The position numbers and the translations under genes are program-made. The notes below the pieces were generated by a model. It ran no database searches, had not been told where the DNA came from, and saw only the letters and a program-made list of their open reading frames with translations. A stretch of DNA of 64,000 nt from an uncultured Gemmatimonadales bacterium (lineage in GTDB: Bacteria; Gemmatimonadota; Gemmatimonadetes; Gemmatimonadales; JACORV01): positions 1,385-65,384 of the forward strand of contig CAWDZR010000031.1 of the NCBI GenBank assembly GCA_963806755.1, read 5' to 3'. Below are positions 47,269-56,167 of the stretch, one piece after another. The number at the start of each line of letters is the position of its first letter. Within the stretch, counting starts at the first letter, position 1.

Positions 47269-49860
47269 TTACCAGTTCAACCAATACGACCACTTCACTA
47301 GGAAAGTGTTCGCCGGATGGAGGCGGAACAGGTCGCGGACGTCCGTCTGGTAGCTCCCGTCACCCGCGTAGTTCGCCGAGCCCTGCCGCCCCTCGTTCCA
47401 CACCACGAACAGCGTCGAGCCGGGCCGGTACTCCCAGCGCAGCACCACGTTCGACTGGAACGCCTTGTAGTCGAACCCGCCGGGGTTGTCGGTGACCGAC
47501 GTGTCGCCGTACGCGGCGAAGCGGTCGGCGTAGTTCGCCGCGCGCGGCGTGGCCGACAGCTGGCGGACGTTGGCGTACGTCCCCTTCGAGATGAACGGCT
47601 GCGCGTACACCTGCAGCGACACGTTGGGCGTGAAGGTGAAGTTGAGGCGCAGCGTCGCCGCCACCGTGGTCTGGTCGAGGTGCGCGAACGTGTAGTGCGT
47701 CGCGCCGACGGAATCGGTGTAATTGTCGTACCACTGGTTGTCGGAGATGTTGCGCGTCCAGTTCACGTTCAGCGACGAGCTGAAGCGGTGCGCGAGCTTG
47801 AGGTCGAGCTCGGGCTGGAGGCTCAGCATCGAGTTGTGGCCCGCGTCGCCGCGGAAGTAGTTGACCCAGAAGTACGGCACGAGCGCCTGGCGGTCGTCGC
47901 CGTTGAGCCCGGCCCACGGGGCGAAGTACGGGTCCTGGCGGATGGCCGGCCCGCCGCGCGCGCTGCGGTCGTCGTACGTGGTGCCCAGCTGCCCCCACGT
48001 CGCGCCCATGTTCCAGTTCATGTTGTTGTGGAACGTGATGTGGACGTTGCTGTTGACCGCGGCCTCCTGCGGCAGCCCCGCCGTGGTCCAGTACTGCCAC
48101 CAGTTGACGTTCCACTGCAGCCGGTTGTACCAGCTGCGCTGGTGGCGGTCGAAGAACCCGGCCCAGGTGGCCCAGCTCTGCTGGTCGGCCCGCTGCAGGT
48201 AGCCGAGGTCGTTGATCTCGAAGCCCGGCGAGCGGCGCATGTAGGCGGTCTCGAACAGGAGGTGCTGGCCGCCCACCTTGCTGACGTGCAGCTCCTCCGC
48301 GTCGCCCGACAGCGACGTGCGCGCCGAATCGAGCGGCAGGCCCGCGTCGGGCCGCTGGTAGAAGTGCACCGCGTCGGTCTGGAGCGCCGCGATGGCGGTG
48401 TCGCTGCCGGCCACGCGGCTCGAGGACAGCCCGCCCGACACCTCGTAGCTGTTGGCGAGGAAGCGGTGCCGGAAGTCCACGGCCCCGACGACGGCGTCGC
48501 GCGCCAGGTAGGGCGCCGTGAACGCGTCCATGCCGCGGTTGACGGCCGTGACCATCGCGCCGACGGTGCTCGCGCCCTGGCGCAGGTCCTGCGTCACCCG
48601 CACCACCGCGAAGTTGGTGGCCGGCTCCACGGTCTTGAGCGTGTCGCCGAACCGGGCCTGGTCGCGCTGCGTCACCGCGTCGAGCACGCCGAGGGTGAGC
48701 CCGCCCGGGAACCGCCCGATCAGCTTGGCCGCGCCGAGGATCGTCGTCGGCTGCGCCGACGTGGTGTCGCCGAACGTGCCCCACAGCTGCGGCGTGCGCC
48801 CGATGCGGCGGCTGTAGAACAGCCCCTCGTTGGAGCAGTTGACCGAGCTGCAGTTGACGTTGACCTGGAACAGGCCCCGCCCCGCCACGAAGAACGGGCG
48901 GCGCTCGTCGAAGAAGGTCTCGAACGCCGACAGGTTCAGGACCGAGGGATCCGACTCGACCTCGCCGAAGTCCGGGTTCACCGTCGCGTTGAGCGTCAGG
49001 TTCGACGCCACGCGGTACTTGAGGTCGCCGCCGACCGTCGCGTAGGAGGCGCGGCTGAAGGCGTCGTTCGCGATCGTGGACGCGTTCTTCGTCACCAGGT
49101 ACGGCGCCGCCTCGATCCGCTTCGGGGCGTCGAGCCCGTCGAGCCCGCTCAGCGTGCCGAACTGCGACGTCATGTCCGGCTTCGACTGGCTGAACACCGG
49201 CCAGCTGACCCGCTCGCTGTACCGGTACACGTCGCGGTCGATCGTGATCCCGAACGTGTGGTCGCGCGCCGTGGAATAGCGCAGCTGCGACATCGGGATC
49301 CGGAACTCCGCGGTCCAGCCCAGCGAGTCGATCCGCGTGGCCACGTCCCACACCGCGTCCCAGGCGTTGTCCTCGTTGTTCCCGTTGTAGATGGCCTGGT
49401 CGATCTTCACGCCCGCCGCGTTGACGCCGAACTCGTAGCCGGTGCGCCGGTCGTGGTAGGAGTCCACGAACACCCACACCATGTCCGAGGGCGTGAAGGT
49501 GTCGCGCCGCTCCAGGATGCGGATGATGCTGTCGGGGTGCGGATCGTAGCAGCGCACGAACACGTACAGGTTCGCCGCGTCGTAGGCGATCTTCGCCTCC
49601 GTCCGGAATCGCGGCGCCTTGCCCTCCGTGGGCTGCCACTCGAGGAACTGGGTGATCGGCGGCGCGGCCTGCCACACCGCGTCGTCGTCCCGGCCGTCGA
49701 TCACCGGCGCGCGCAGGGCGCGCACGGCCGTCGCCGCGCTCGCGGTGGGCAGCGCGACCCGCCGCGCGACGGCCGCCGGCGGCGGATCGTCCTGCGCCAC
49801 GGCCCTCTCGGGGCCCTGCAGGCTGGCCTGCACCATCAGGATCGCGACGAGCGGGAGCAT
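47269..49860 (-). CDS. CBM9-like + DUF5916 outer-membrane-type protein (paralog 3)
   Basis: ORF track 47269..49890. I prefer ATG 49860 (MLPLVAILMVQASLQGPERAVAQ signal) by analogy with the paralog N-terminus. 49890 would place the start inside the palindromic element. Confidence 0.75.
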   Translation of the reverse strand: MLPLVAILMVQASLQGPERAVAQDDPPPAAVARRVALPTASAATAVRALRAPVIDGRDDDAVWQAAPPITQFLEWQPTEGKAPRFRTEAKIAYDAANLYVFVRCYDPHPDSIIRILERRDTFTPSDMVWVFVDSYHDRRTGYEFGVNAAGVKIDQAIYNGNNEDNAWDAVWDVATRIDSLGWTAEFRIPMSQLRYSTARDHTFGITIDRDVYRYSERVSWPVFSQSKPDMTSQFGTLSGLDGLDAPKRIEAAPYLVTKNASTIANDAFSRASYATVGGDLKYRVASNLTLNATVNPDFGEVESDPSVLNLSAFETFFDERRPFFVAGRGLFQVNVNCSSVNCSNEGLFYSRRIGRTPQLWGTFGDTTSAQPTTILGAAKLIGRFPGGLTLGVLDAVTQRDQARFGDTLKTVEPATNFAVVRVTQDLRQGASTVGAMVTAVNRGMDAFTAPYLARDAVVGAVDFRHRFLANSYEVSGGLSSSRVAGSDTAIAALQTDAVHFYQRPDAGLPLDSARTSLSGDAEELHVSKVGGQHLLFETAYMRRSPGFEINDLGYLQRADQQSWATWAGFFDRHQRSWYNRLQWNVNWWQYWTTAGLPQEAAVNSNVHITFHNNMNWNMGATWGQLGTTYDDRSARGGPAIRQDPYFAPWAGLNGDDRQALVPYFWVNYFRGDAGHNSMLSLQPELDLKLAHRFSSSLNVNWTRNISDNQWYDNYTDSVGATHYTFAHLDQTTVAATLRLNFTFTPNVSLQVYAQPFISKGTYANVRQLSATPRAANYADRFAAYGDTSVTDNPGGFDYKAFQSNVVLRWEYRPGSTLFVVWNEGRQGSANYAGDGSYQTDVRDLFRLHPANTFLVKWSYWLNW

Positions 49861-49873
49861 GCGGTGTCCTGTC

Positions 49874-49908
49874 TGCTGAATTTTCAGCATAGTGCTGAAT
49901 CTTCAGCA
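49874..49908. promoter_or_regulatory. Two tandem 16-bp perfect palindromes TGCTGAA-NN-TTCAGCA (candidate operator pair)
   Basis: TGCTGAATTTTCAGCA (49874-49889) and TGCTGAATCTTCAGCA (49893-49908) have centres 19 bp apart. They sit in the only clearly AT-rich patch of this intergenic region, 14-48 nt upstream of ATG 49860. Confidence 0.5.
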
Positions 49909-50072
49909 TTGCCGGTCCGTTGTCAAGCGCCCGGTGGGGGCGCGGGGCCGGCGGCCTCGGGGCGCCGGCAGGGCCCTGGTCCTGCGACTACATCCGTAGG
50001 ACACCGTACGGGACGAAAGGGTTGGCTGGTTTCAGCGGAATCGACTGCAGGCGGCAGGGCGCCGCGCTCCCG

Positions 50073-51449
50073 TCAGGGGGACGCCGTCTCTCCGGAGGAA
50101 CGGGCGAGACTCTTTGCCCCATACAGCATCCGGTCGGCGGCATTGAGCAGCGCCTCGGCCGTCTCGCCGTCCTTGGGGTAGGCGGCGATCCCGGTGCTGA
50201 CCATGACCGCCGGCAGCTCGGAGTCGGCGGCGAGCAGCTCCTTGATGCGGCGCTCGAGCCGCCGCGCGGCCTCCTCGTCGCTCTCGGGCAGCACCAGCGC
50301 GAACTCGTCGCCGCCGTAGCGCGCGGCGGTGTCGATCGCCCGGCAGCTCTTGCGGATGGCCTCGGAGATGCGCCACAGCGCGCGGCTGCCCACCAGGTGG
50401 CCGTAGGCGTCGTTGACGCGCTTGAGCTGGTCCATGTCGAGGAACAGGACGGCGAACGGGCGCTCGGTGCGCCGCGACCGCTGCACCTCGCCCTCGAGCA
50501 CGTCCACGAGGTGGCCGTAGTTGGCGAGGCCGGTGAGGGGGTCGCTCACCGCCAGCGTCCGGAGCTGGTCCTCGACCCGGCGCCGCTCCAGCACCACCGC
50601 CGCCAGGACCAGCGCGGTCACCGCCGAGATGCAGATGAAGACCTGGAGGAAGACGAGGGCGTCGCTGCGCGAGAACTGCGCGAACGGCCCGAAGCCCTCC
50701 AGCGTCCCGACCACGGCCATGGCATAGACCAGCGCCACGGAGCCGGCGGCGGCGCGGCGCCCGAAGCGGAAGGCGGCCCAGATGAACACCGGCATCGGCA
50801 GGAAGGACAGCGGGTAGTCCACGGTGCTGGTCGGGAACAGGCGTCCGAACACCACCTCGGCGGACAGGAAGGTGACGACCACGAGCGTGCCGGCCTCGAG
50901 CCAGCGGCGCACGTCCCAGACCACCCCGTCGTTCGCGTTCCACAGCAGGATCAGGGGGGCGACCACGAACAGGCCGCCGGCGTCGCCCAGCCACCAGGTG
51001 ATCCACGTCCGGCCGTAGTCCGACCAGTGCGCCTGCCCCCCGACCGCGAGCGTCGTGGCGCCGAAGGTGGCGGCGACCATCGGACTGAGGAGCGCGGCGA
51101 GCACGGTGTAGCGCAGCACGTCGCGCGGGTGGTCGAACGCCTGGCGGCCGTGGGCGAAGCGGTGGACGAACAGCGCGGCGAGCAGCCCCTCCCAGGTGTC
51201 GCCGGTCGCGATCACCAGGGACCCGACGACGCCCCCCTTGGTCGTGAGGTTCACGAGGAAGGCGCCGACGTACACGGCCGGCCAGGTCCACTCCCCCAGC
51301 ATCAGGAACGCCGCCAGCGCGATGCCGGCGGCGGGCCACACGGGGCTCACGCTCGGATTCGCGAAGGCCAGGCGCAGCCCGAGCTTCCCGGCCACGAAGT
51401 AAACGGCCGCGAGGGCCACGATCGTGGCCGTGCGCTGGGTTCGGGTCAT
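50073..51449 (-). CDS. MASE1-domain diguanylate cyclase (GGDEF)
   Basis: 458 aa. The N-terminal membrane sensor AAVYFVAGKLGLRLAFANPSVSPVWPAAGIALAAFLMLG is MASE1-like. The C-terminal part DPLTGLANYGHL...FLDMDQLKRVNDAYGHLVGSRAL...ARYGGDEFALVL is GGDEF. Confidence 0.85.
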   Translation of the reverse strand: MTRTQRTATIVALAAVYFVAGKLGLRLAFANPSVSPVWPAAGIALAAFLMLGEWTWPAVYVGAFLVNLTTKGGVVGSLVIATGDTWEGLLAALFVHRFAHGRQAFDHPRDVLRYTVLAALLSPMVAATFGATTLAVGGQAHWSDYGRTWITWWLGDAGGLFVVAPLILLWNANDGVVWDVRRWLEAGTLVVVTFLSAEVVFGRLFPTSTVDYPLSFLPMPVFIWAAFRFGRRAAAGSVALVYAMAVVGTLEGFGPFAQFSRSDALVFLQVFICISAVTALVLAAVVLERRRVEDQLRTLAVSDPLTGLANYGHLVDVLEGEVQRSRRTERPFAVLFLDMDQLKRVNDAYGHLVGSRALWRISEAIRKSCRAIDTAARYGGDEFALVLPESDEEAARRLERRIKELLAADSELPAVMVSTGIAAYPKDGETAEALLNAADRMLYGAKSLARSSGETASP

Positions 51450-51562
51450 CTCTTTCAGGTCTGGCTCTCGGACGGCAAACGGTCATATTCTAGACGGGCG
51501 GGGCGCATTTGGCGAACCGTCGCCCCCCCGCCCGACCCGCTTGCCGAGATGGGACACCCGCC

Positions 51563-52996
51563 ATGTCGATGGACCGCCGCAGCTTCGTGCAGGGCGCCGC
51601 CGCCGGATTGGGCGCGGCGGCCGCCGGTCGCTTCCCCCGCCTGATGCCGCCGCCCGGCGGCGCGACGCCTCCCGCGGCCCTCTGGGCCACGAGCCTGGTG
51701 CCGGGGGCGGGCGCGACGCCGGCCGACGACGCGCGGATGGCGTGGTGGCGGGAGGCCCGGTTCGGGATGTTCATCCACTGGGGCCTGTACTCGATCCTCG
51801 CCGGCGACTGGATGGGCCGCACCGACTACGCCGAGTGGATCCGCAACTCCGCCCACATCCCGCTCGCCACCTACGACAAGCTCGTCCGCCTGTTCAACCC
51901 GGTGAAGTTCGACGCCGACCAGTGGGTGGGCATGGCGAAGAGCGCCGGCATGAAGTACGTGACCATCACCAGCAAGCACCACGACGGCTTCTGCCTGTTC
52001 GACAACCGGCTCACCAGCTTCTGCATCCGCGCGACGCCGTACCGGCACGACATCATGCGCCTGATGGCCGACGCGAGCCGCCGCGCGGGCCTGCACCAGT
52101 GCTGGTACCACTCCATCATGGACTGGCACCATCCCGACTACCTGCCGCGCCGCGACTGGGAGGCGGCGACCCGGCCCGTGGACGGGGCGCGCTACAGCCG
52201 CTACGTGCGCTACCTGCACGGCTCGGTCGAGCAGCTGCTCAAGAACTACGGCGACGTCGGCGTGATGTGGTTCGACGGGCAGTGGGAGGAGACCTGGACG
52301 CACGAGATGGGGCGCGCGCTGTACCAGGAATGCCGGCGGCTGCAGCCGGGCGTGATCGTGAACAACCGCTGCGAGGGCTGGTCGCAGGCGCCGATCACCG
52401 ACCCGCTGGGCGACTTCCGGACCCCCGAGCAGGAGATCCCGGCCACGGGCCTCAAGGGCGTGGACTGGGAATCGTGCATCACCATGAACGACCACTGGGG
52501 CTTCTGCGCCGCCGACCACGACTTCAAGTCGGTGCCGGACCTGATCGGCCTGCTGGTGGAGACGGCGTCGAAGGGCGGGAACCTGCTGCTCAACATCGGG
52601 CCGAAGGCCGAGGGGACCTTCCCCGAGGAGAGCATCGAGCGGCTGGCGGCGATCGGGCGGTGGATGGACGTCAACGGCGGGGCGATCCACGGCACCACGG
52701 CCTCGCTGTTCGCCACGGCGCCGTTCCGCTCGACAACCCAAGGCAACCGGATCTACCTGTTCCTGACCGACTGGCCCGAGGCCGACACCCTGCCGCTCCC
52801 GGGACTCAAGACGCCGGTCGCGAAGGCGTACGCGCTGGCCGACCCGTCCAAGACCGCGATCGTGGTGAACGCGGTGGGCGGCGGCGCCTCCGACGCGGGC
52901 ACGCCGGCGCAGAGCCTGATCCTGCCCCGCAACGCGCCGGATGCGGTGTGCTCGGTGGTGGTGCTGGAGTTCGATACGGCGCCGCAGGTAGGGTAA
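51563..52996 (+). CDS. alpha-L-fucosidase (GH29), Tat-signal
   Basis: ORF 51509..52996. ATG 51563 gives MSMDRRSFVQGAAAGLGAAAAG (Tat). ARFGMFIHWGLYSILAGDW...AGMKYVTITSKHHDGFCLFDN...WYHSIMDWHHPDY fits the GH29 core. Confidence 0.85.
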   Translation: MSMDRRSFVQGAAAGLGAAAAGRFPRLMPPPGGATPPAALWATSLVPGAGATPADDARMAWWREARFGMFIHWGLYSILAGDWMGRTDYAEWIRNSAHIPLATYDKLVRLFNPVKFDADQWVGMAKSAGMKYVTITSKHHDGFCLFDNRLTSFCIRATPYRHDIMRLMADASRRAGLHQCWYHSIMDWHHPDYLPRRDWEAATRPVDGARYSRYVRYLHGSVEQLLKNYGDVGVMWFDGQWEETWTHEMGRALYQECRRLQPGVIVNNRCEGWSQAPITDPLGDFRTPEQEIPATGLKGVDWESCITMNDHWGFCAADHDFKSVPDLIGLLVETASKGGNLLLNIGPKAEGTFPEESIERLAAIGRWMDVNGGAIHGTTASLFATAPFRSTTQGNRIYLFLTDWPEADTLPLPGLKTPVAKAYALADPSKTAIVVNAVGGGASDAGTPAQSLILPRNAPDAVCSVVVLEFDTAPQVG

Positions 52997-53000
52997 AGAG

Positions 53001-53108
53001 AGGGGTTAGGGACTAGGGGTTAGGGACCAGGGGTGGAAACGAAGGGGCCCCGTCGCGACGCGCGGCGGGGCTCCAGTGCTTTTCCCTAGTCCCTAACCCC
53101 TAACCCCT
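53001..53108. repeat. Hairpin of 7/14-nt units GGGGTTA/GGGACTA (contains TTAGGG-like tracts) between convergent genes
   Basis: The left arm is a gggg tta ggg acta gggg tta ggg acca gggg. The right arm is ccc tagt ccc taa cccc taa cccc t. 53001-53011 is the exact reverse complement of 53098-53108. An inner GC hairpin lies around 53045-53072. Confidence 0.85.
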
Positions 53109-53116
53109 GCTTCTCG

Positions 53117-54592
53117 TCACGGGAGTCTCCAGATATCCACCACCCCGCTGGTGCTGTGGCGGTTGGCGTTGCCCTCCGGCAGCGCGATGCGCCCGTCCAC
53201 CACGATCGGGCTGTTCCAGTGGCCGCGGCCGCACTTCAGGACGGTGACCTGGCGGCCCGACGTGGCGTCGTAGACCCTGAGATCCCCGCCCGGGTCGTAC
53301 ACGAACAGGAGCCCGTCGGCGACGACGGGGCTGGTGCCGCCGTTTCCGTTCTTCCACGCCTGCACGAGCCGCCCGCCGCTGAGCGTCCACGCCGCCGTCC
53401 CGCCGTTGTCGGCGGCGAACAGCCACGTCGTGCCGCTCGACTGGAGCACCGCGGGCGCGGTGAACAGGTCCGTGCCGCTCGGCGTCGAGACCGTCTGCGC
53501 TTCCCCGCCCTTGTGCGGCGCCGTGCCTTGCATCGCAGGCCAGCTCAGCAGCCGGATGATCCCGTCCTTCCCGCCCTGCGCCACGAGCCCGCCGCCGAGG
53601 AGCACGGGCGACGTCGAGCCGAGGTCGGCGTCGGTGGCCTCGAGCTGCGCGGTGTTGGCGGGCGTGTAGTTGCCGAGCAGCCGGGTCGCCATGGAATCCA
53701 GCTCGAGCGTGGCGTCGCCCCAGTTCTGCGAGCCGTCCCAGGGACCGTTCCCGGTCGCGATGAACAGGTCGCCGGTCGTCGTGTCGATGACGGCGCCGGC
53801 GCGGCCCCAGACGGCGGCGTCGCTCGCGGGGCAGGTCGAGGGGTCGAGGAGCCAGCCCCGGCCGCTGCACAGCGCGTTCCACACCTTGTCGAGGCGCCCG
53901 GTGGCGGCGTCGAGCACGGCCACGTGGCCCTGGTAGGGAGGCGCGTCGCCGATGTAGCCGCCCGTGGTCGCGATCACGCGGCCGTGCCAGTAGTTGAGCG
54001 ACGACGCGATCTTCTCGAACGCGGGCAGGTTCGTGACCGGCATGCTCCACTGCATGCTGCCGTCCGCGACCGCCAGCGCCCGGATCGCCCCGTCCGGCGC
54101 CGCCGCATAGATGCGCGCGCGGCCGGGATCGGCGACCGGCGTGGCCGTCGTGATCTGCGCGGTGCCCATGACGTCCGGGTAGCTCGGCGGGGTGAACTCC
54201 CACAGGACGGAGCCGTCGCCGGCGTCGATGGCGATCGTCTTGCCGTAGGTCGTGGTGACGAAGAAGGCGTCGTGCACGGCGCCCTTGATCGTGACGCCGT
54301 GGAGGTAGATGGCCGACCCGTCCACCGTGCCGCCGATGTGCACCTGCTGGCGCACCATCGAGTCCACGTTGGCGGCGGTGATCAGCATGTCGGGGGCGGG
54401 GGCGCTCGAGCGGGCGGCGTCCCACCCGAACCGCGTCCAGTCGTGCGGATCGGCGACGGGCCGGCGGCCGATGGTCCGGGCGGCGGCGTTCGACGACTGG
54501 CAGCCGGGCAGCAGGGCCGCGGCGACGAAGGCGAGCACCACCAGCAGCGTGCCGGAGTCGAAACGCGCGCGGATTCCCGCCTGGGACGTCAT
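53117..54592 (-). CDS. PQQ-like/BamB-like beta-propeller repeat lipoprotein (copy B)
   Basis: ORF 53117..54649. ATG 54592 gives MTSQAGIRARFDSGTLLVVLAFVAAALLPGC (lipobox). It shows repeated propeller-like blades (..TTYGKTIAIDAGDGSVLWEF.., ..IYAAAPDGAIRALAVADGSMQW..) and ends ..GVVDIWRLP. Confidence 0.65.
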   Translation of the reverse strand: MTSQAGIRARFDSGTLLVVLAFVAAALLPGCQSSNAAARTIGRRPVADPHDWTRFGWDAARSSAPAPDMLITAANVDSMVRQQVHIGGTVDGSAIYLHGVTIKGAVHDAFFVTTTYGKTIAIDAGDGSVLWEFTPPSYPDVMGTAQITTATPVADPGRARIYAAAPDGAIRALAVADGSMQWSMPVTNLPAFEKIASSLNYWHGRVIATTGGYIGDAPPYQGHVAVLDAATGRLDKVWNALCSGRGWLLDPSTCPASDAAVWGRAGAVIDTTTGDLFIATGNGPWDGSQNWGDATLELDSMATRLLGNYTPANTAQLEATDADLGSTSPVLLGGGLVAQGGKDGIIRLLSWPAMQGTAPHKGGEAQTVSTPSGTDLFTAPAVLQSSGTTWLFAADNGGTAAWTLSGGRLVQAWKNGNGGTSPVVADGLLFVYDPGGDLRVYDATSGRQVTVLKCGRGHWNSPIVVDGRIALPEGNANRHSTSGVVDIWRLP

Positions 54593-54638
54593 GGCCAGTG
54601 CCCTGATGGAGGTGGAGTGAGGATAGCCACCCCTCGCC

Positions 54639-56114
54639 CTACCCGGCAATCGCCTTGAGCGCCTCCAGCAGCTTCACCATCGCGAACGTGTCCTGCTTGC
54701 AGTACTCGAGCAGCTGCTCCCGCAGGTCGGCCCGCTGCGCGGGCGTCAGCGCGCCGGCGTAGAACAGCAGCCGCGCGAGCTTGGCGCTCGCCTCCGAGCC
54801 GTCGTGAATCCGCACCTTGTCCTGGTAGTCCATCCCGGGCACGAGCACCGGCAGCACCTCCTTGATGGAGAGGCTGCCGCCGAAGTCGCGGTGATACACC
54901 GTGTGCCGGACCACCTGCGCCACGTCGAGGAGCTTCGCCTCGAGCGCGCCCAGCTCCCCGGCCAGGCGCGGATTGAAGCGCTGCATGCTGCGGATCTGCG
55001 TCTTCTCGAACGGCGTGTACATCAGCACCCGGTCCGCGCGCTTCGTCACCTCGATCAGCCGGCTCGCGATCGCCTCGCGCGGGTCCGTGTCGGGCTCGGC
55101 GATGAACTCCTCGTGCGTGTACGGCCCGCCTACCGGCCCCTCGTGGTAGCTGAACTGCACGCCGATCTGCTCCCACGGCTTCGTGCCGCTCCACACCGGC
55201 ACCGCGCGCCCCACGCTCTCGAAGTCGAGGAACCCGAGCCGGCCCTGGTAGGGCTCCAGCTCCGCCGCGAGGCTGCGCTCGACCACGAGCTTGCCGGTCT
55301 CGCAGGCGCGGCGCTGGCGGGCCTGGACGTCGTTGAGCCTGTAGGTGCCCGGCAGCTCGGCGATCGTGCGCGTGCCGGCGTGGTAGAGCGCGAACCGCTT
55401 CTCGTACAGCAGGCCCTGGATCTTCATCACGCTGTCCGGCTCCCACGGCCAGCAGCGCGTGCCGCCCTTGAACGGGCACTCGTCGGGCTCGCGGCAGTGC
55501 TTGCCGATGGCCACCGCCGGCAGCGGTCCCGCCAGCGCGGCGAGCTGCGCCTCGACCTGTGCGTGCATCAGGGGCAGCAGGCCGCTCACCACGAACGTCA
55601 CGTCGTCGCGCACGAACAGGTCGGCGGCGGGCGCGGCGCCCGGCTCCGGGGCGACGAACGCCTTGTTGACGTGCATGATCTCGACGCGCTGCACGTCCAC
55701 GCCGGCGGCCTTCGCGACGTGGGCCTGGATGGCCGCGTCGAGGACGTACTTGTCCTTCACCTCGGTGCCCGACTTCACCTCGATCAGGGCCCAGCCGTCG
55801 CCCTCGCGCAACAGCACGTCCACGGCGGCGTAGGTGCGGTCGGCGACGAACGTGGCCTCGAAGATGGCCGGCGTGCCGGCCGCGATCAGCTTCCGGGTGA
55901 GCGGCAGGCGCTCGGGGTCGTCGTGCGCCAGCTCGACCAGCACGCCGCCCGGGAACCGCGCGCGGGCCAGCCGGCCGACCTCGTTGCCCTGGTCGATGAT
56001 GTCCTTGATGGCGGGGCTGATCTTCAGCTCTTCCGCGCCGGGCTCGTACGTCTTGAGCCACAGCAGCTTGTGGCACTGCGCGCCCGCGACGAAGCGGGAC
56101 TTGGAGAGCGTCGA
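54639..56114 (-). CDS. DUF2779-type protein: Cas4-like PD-(D/E)XK nuclease with Cys cluster fused to a DEDD/RNase-H-like exonuclease-like domain; start codon unresolved
   Basis: The C-terminal part of ORF 54639..57491 reads TLSKSRFVAGAQCHKLLWLK...AAVDVLLREGDGWALIEVKSGTEVK (D...EVK). It then has HCREPDECPFKGGTRCWPW (Cys cluster), GFLDFESVG (DxE) and YCKQDTFAMVKL. There is no in-frame ATG/GTG/TTG between the upstream stop (56168) and the conserved N-terminal LSKSRF. The listed 5' coordinate is the first conserved residues, not a start codon. Confidence 0.7.
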   Translation of the reverse strand, partial: STLSKSRFVAGAQCHKLLWLKTYEPGAEELKISPAIKDIIDQGNEVGRLARARFPGGVLVELAHDDPERLPLTRKLIAAGTPAIFEATFVADRTYAAVDVLLREGDGWALIEVKSGTEVKDKYVLDAAIQAHVAKAAGVDVQRVEIMHVNKAFVAPEPGAAPAADLFVRDDVTFVVSGLLPLMHAQVEAQLAALAGPLPAVAIGKHCREPDECPFKGGTRCWPWEPDSVMKIQGLLYEKRFALYHAGTRTIAELPGTYRLNDVQARQRRACETGKLVVERSLAAELEPYQGRLGFLDFESVGRAVPVWSGTKPWEQIGVQFSYHEGPVGGPYTHEEFIAEPDTDPREAIASRLIEVTKRADRVLMYTPFEKTQIRSMQRFNPRLAGELGALEAKLLDVAQVVRHTVYHRDFGGSLSIKEVLPVLVPGMDYQDKVRIHDGSEASAKLARLLFYAGALTPAQRADLREQLLEYCKQDTFAMVKLLEALKAIAG

Positions 56115-56167
56115 GGCGCGGTCGCGCGCGCCGGTCGCGGGTCGAGCCGTATCGGGCTCCCCGGCGC

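Noticed and set aside
53001-53108. TTAGGG-containing repeat as a telomere or linear-replicon end.
   Set aside because: Only a few units are present, they are embedded between ordinary convergent genes, and an inverted C-rich partner lies 60 nt away. Nothing suggests a chromosome end.
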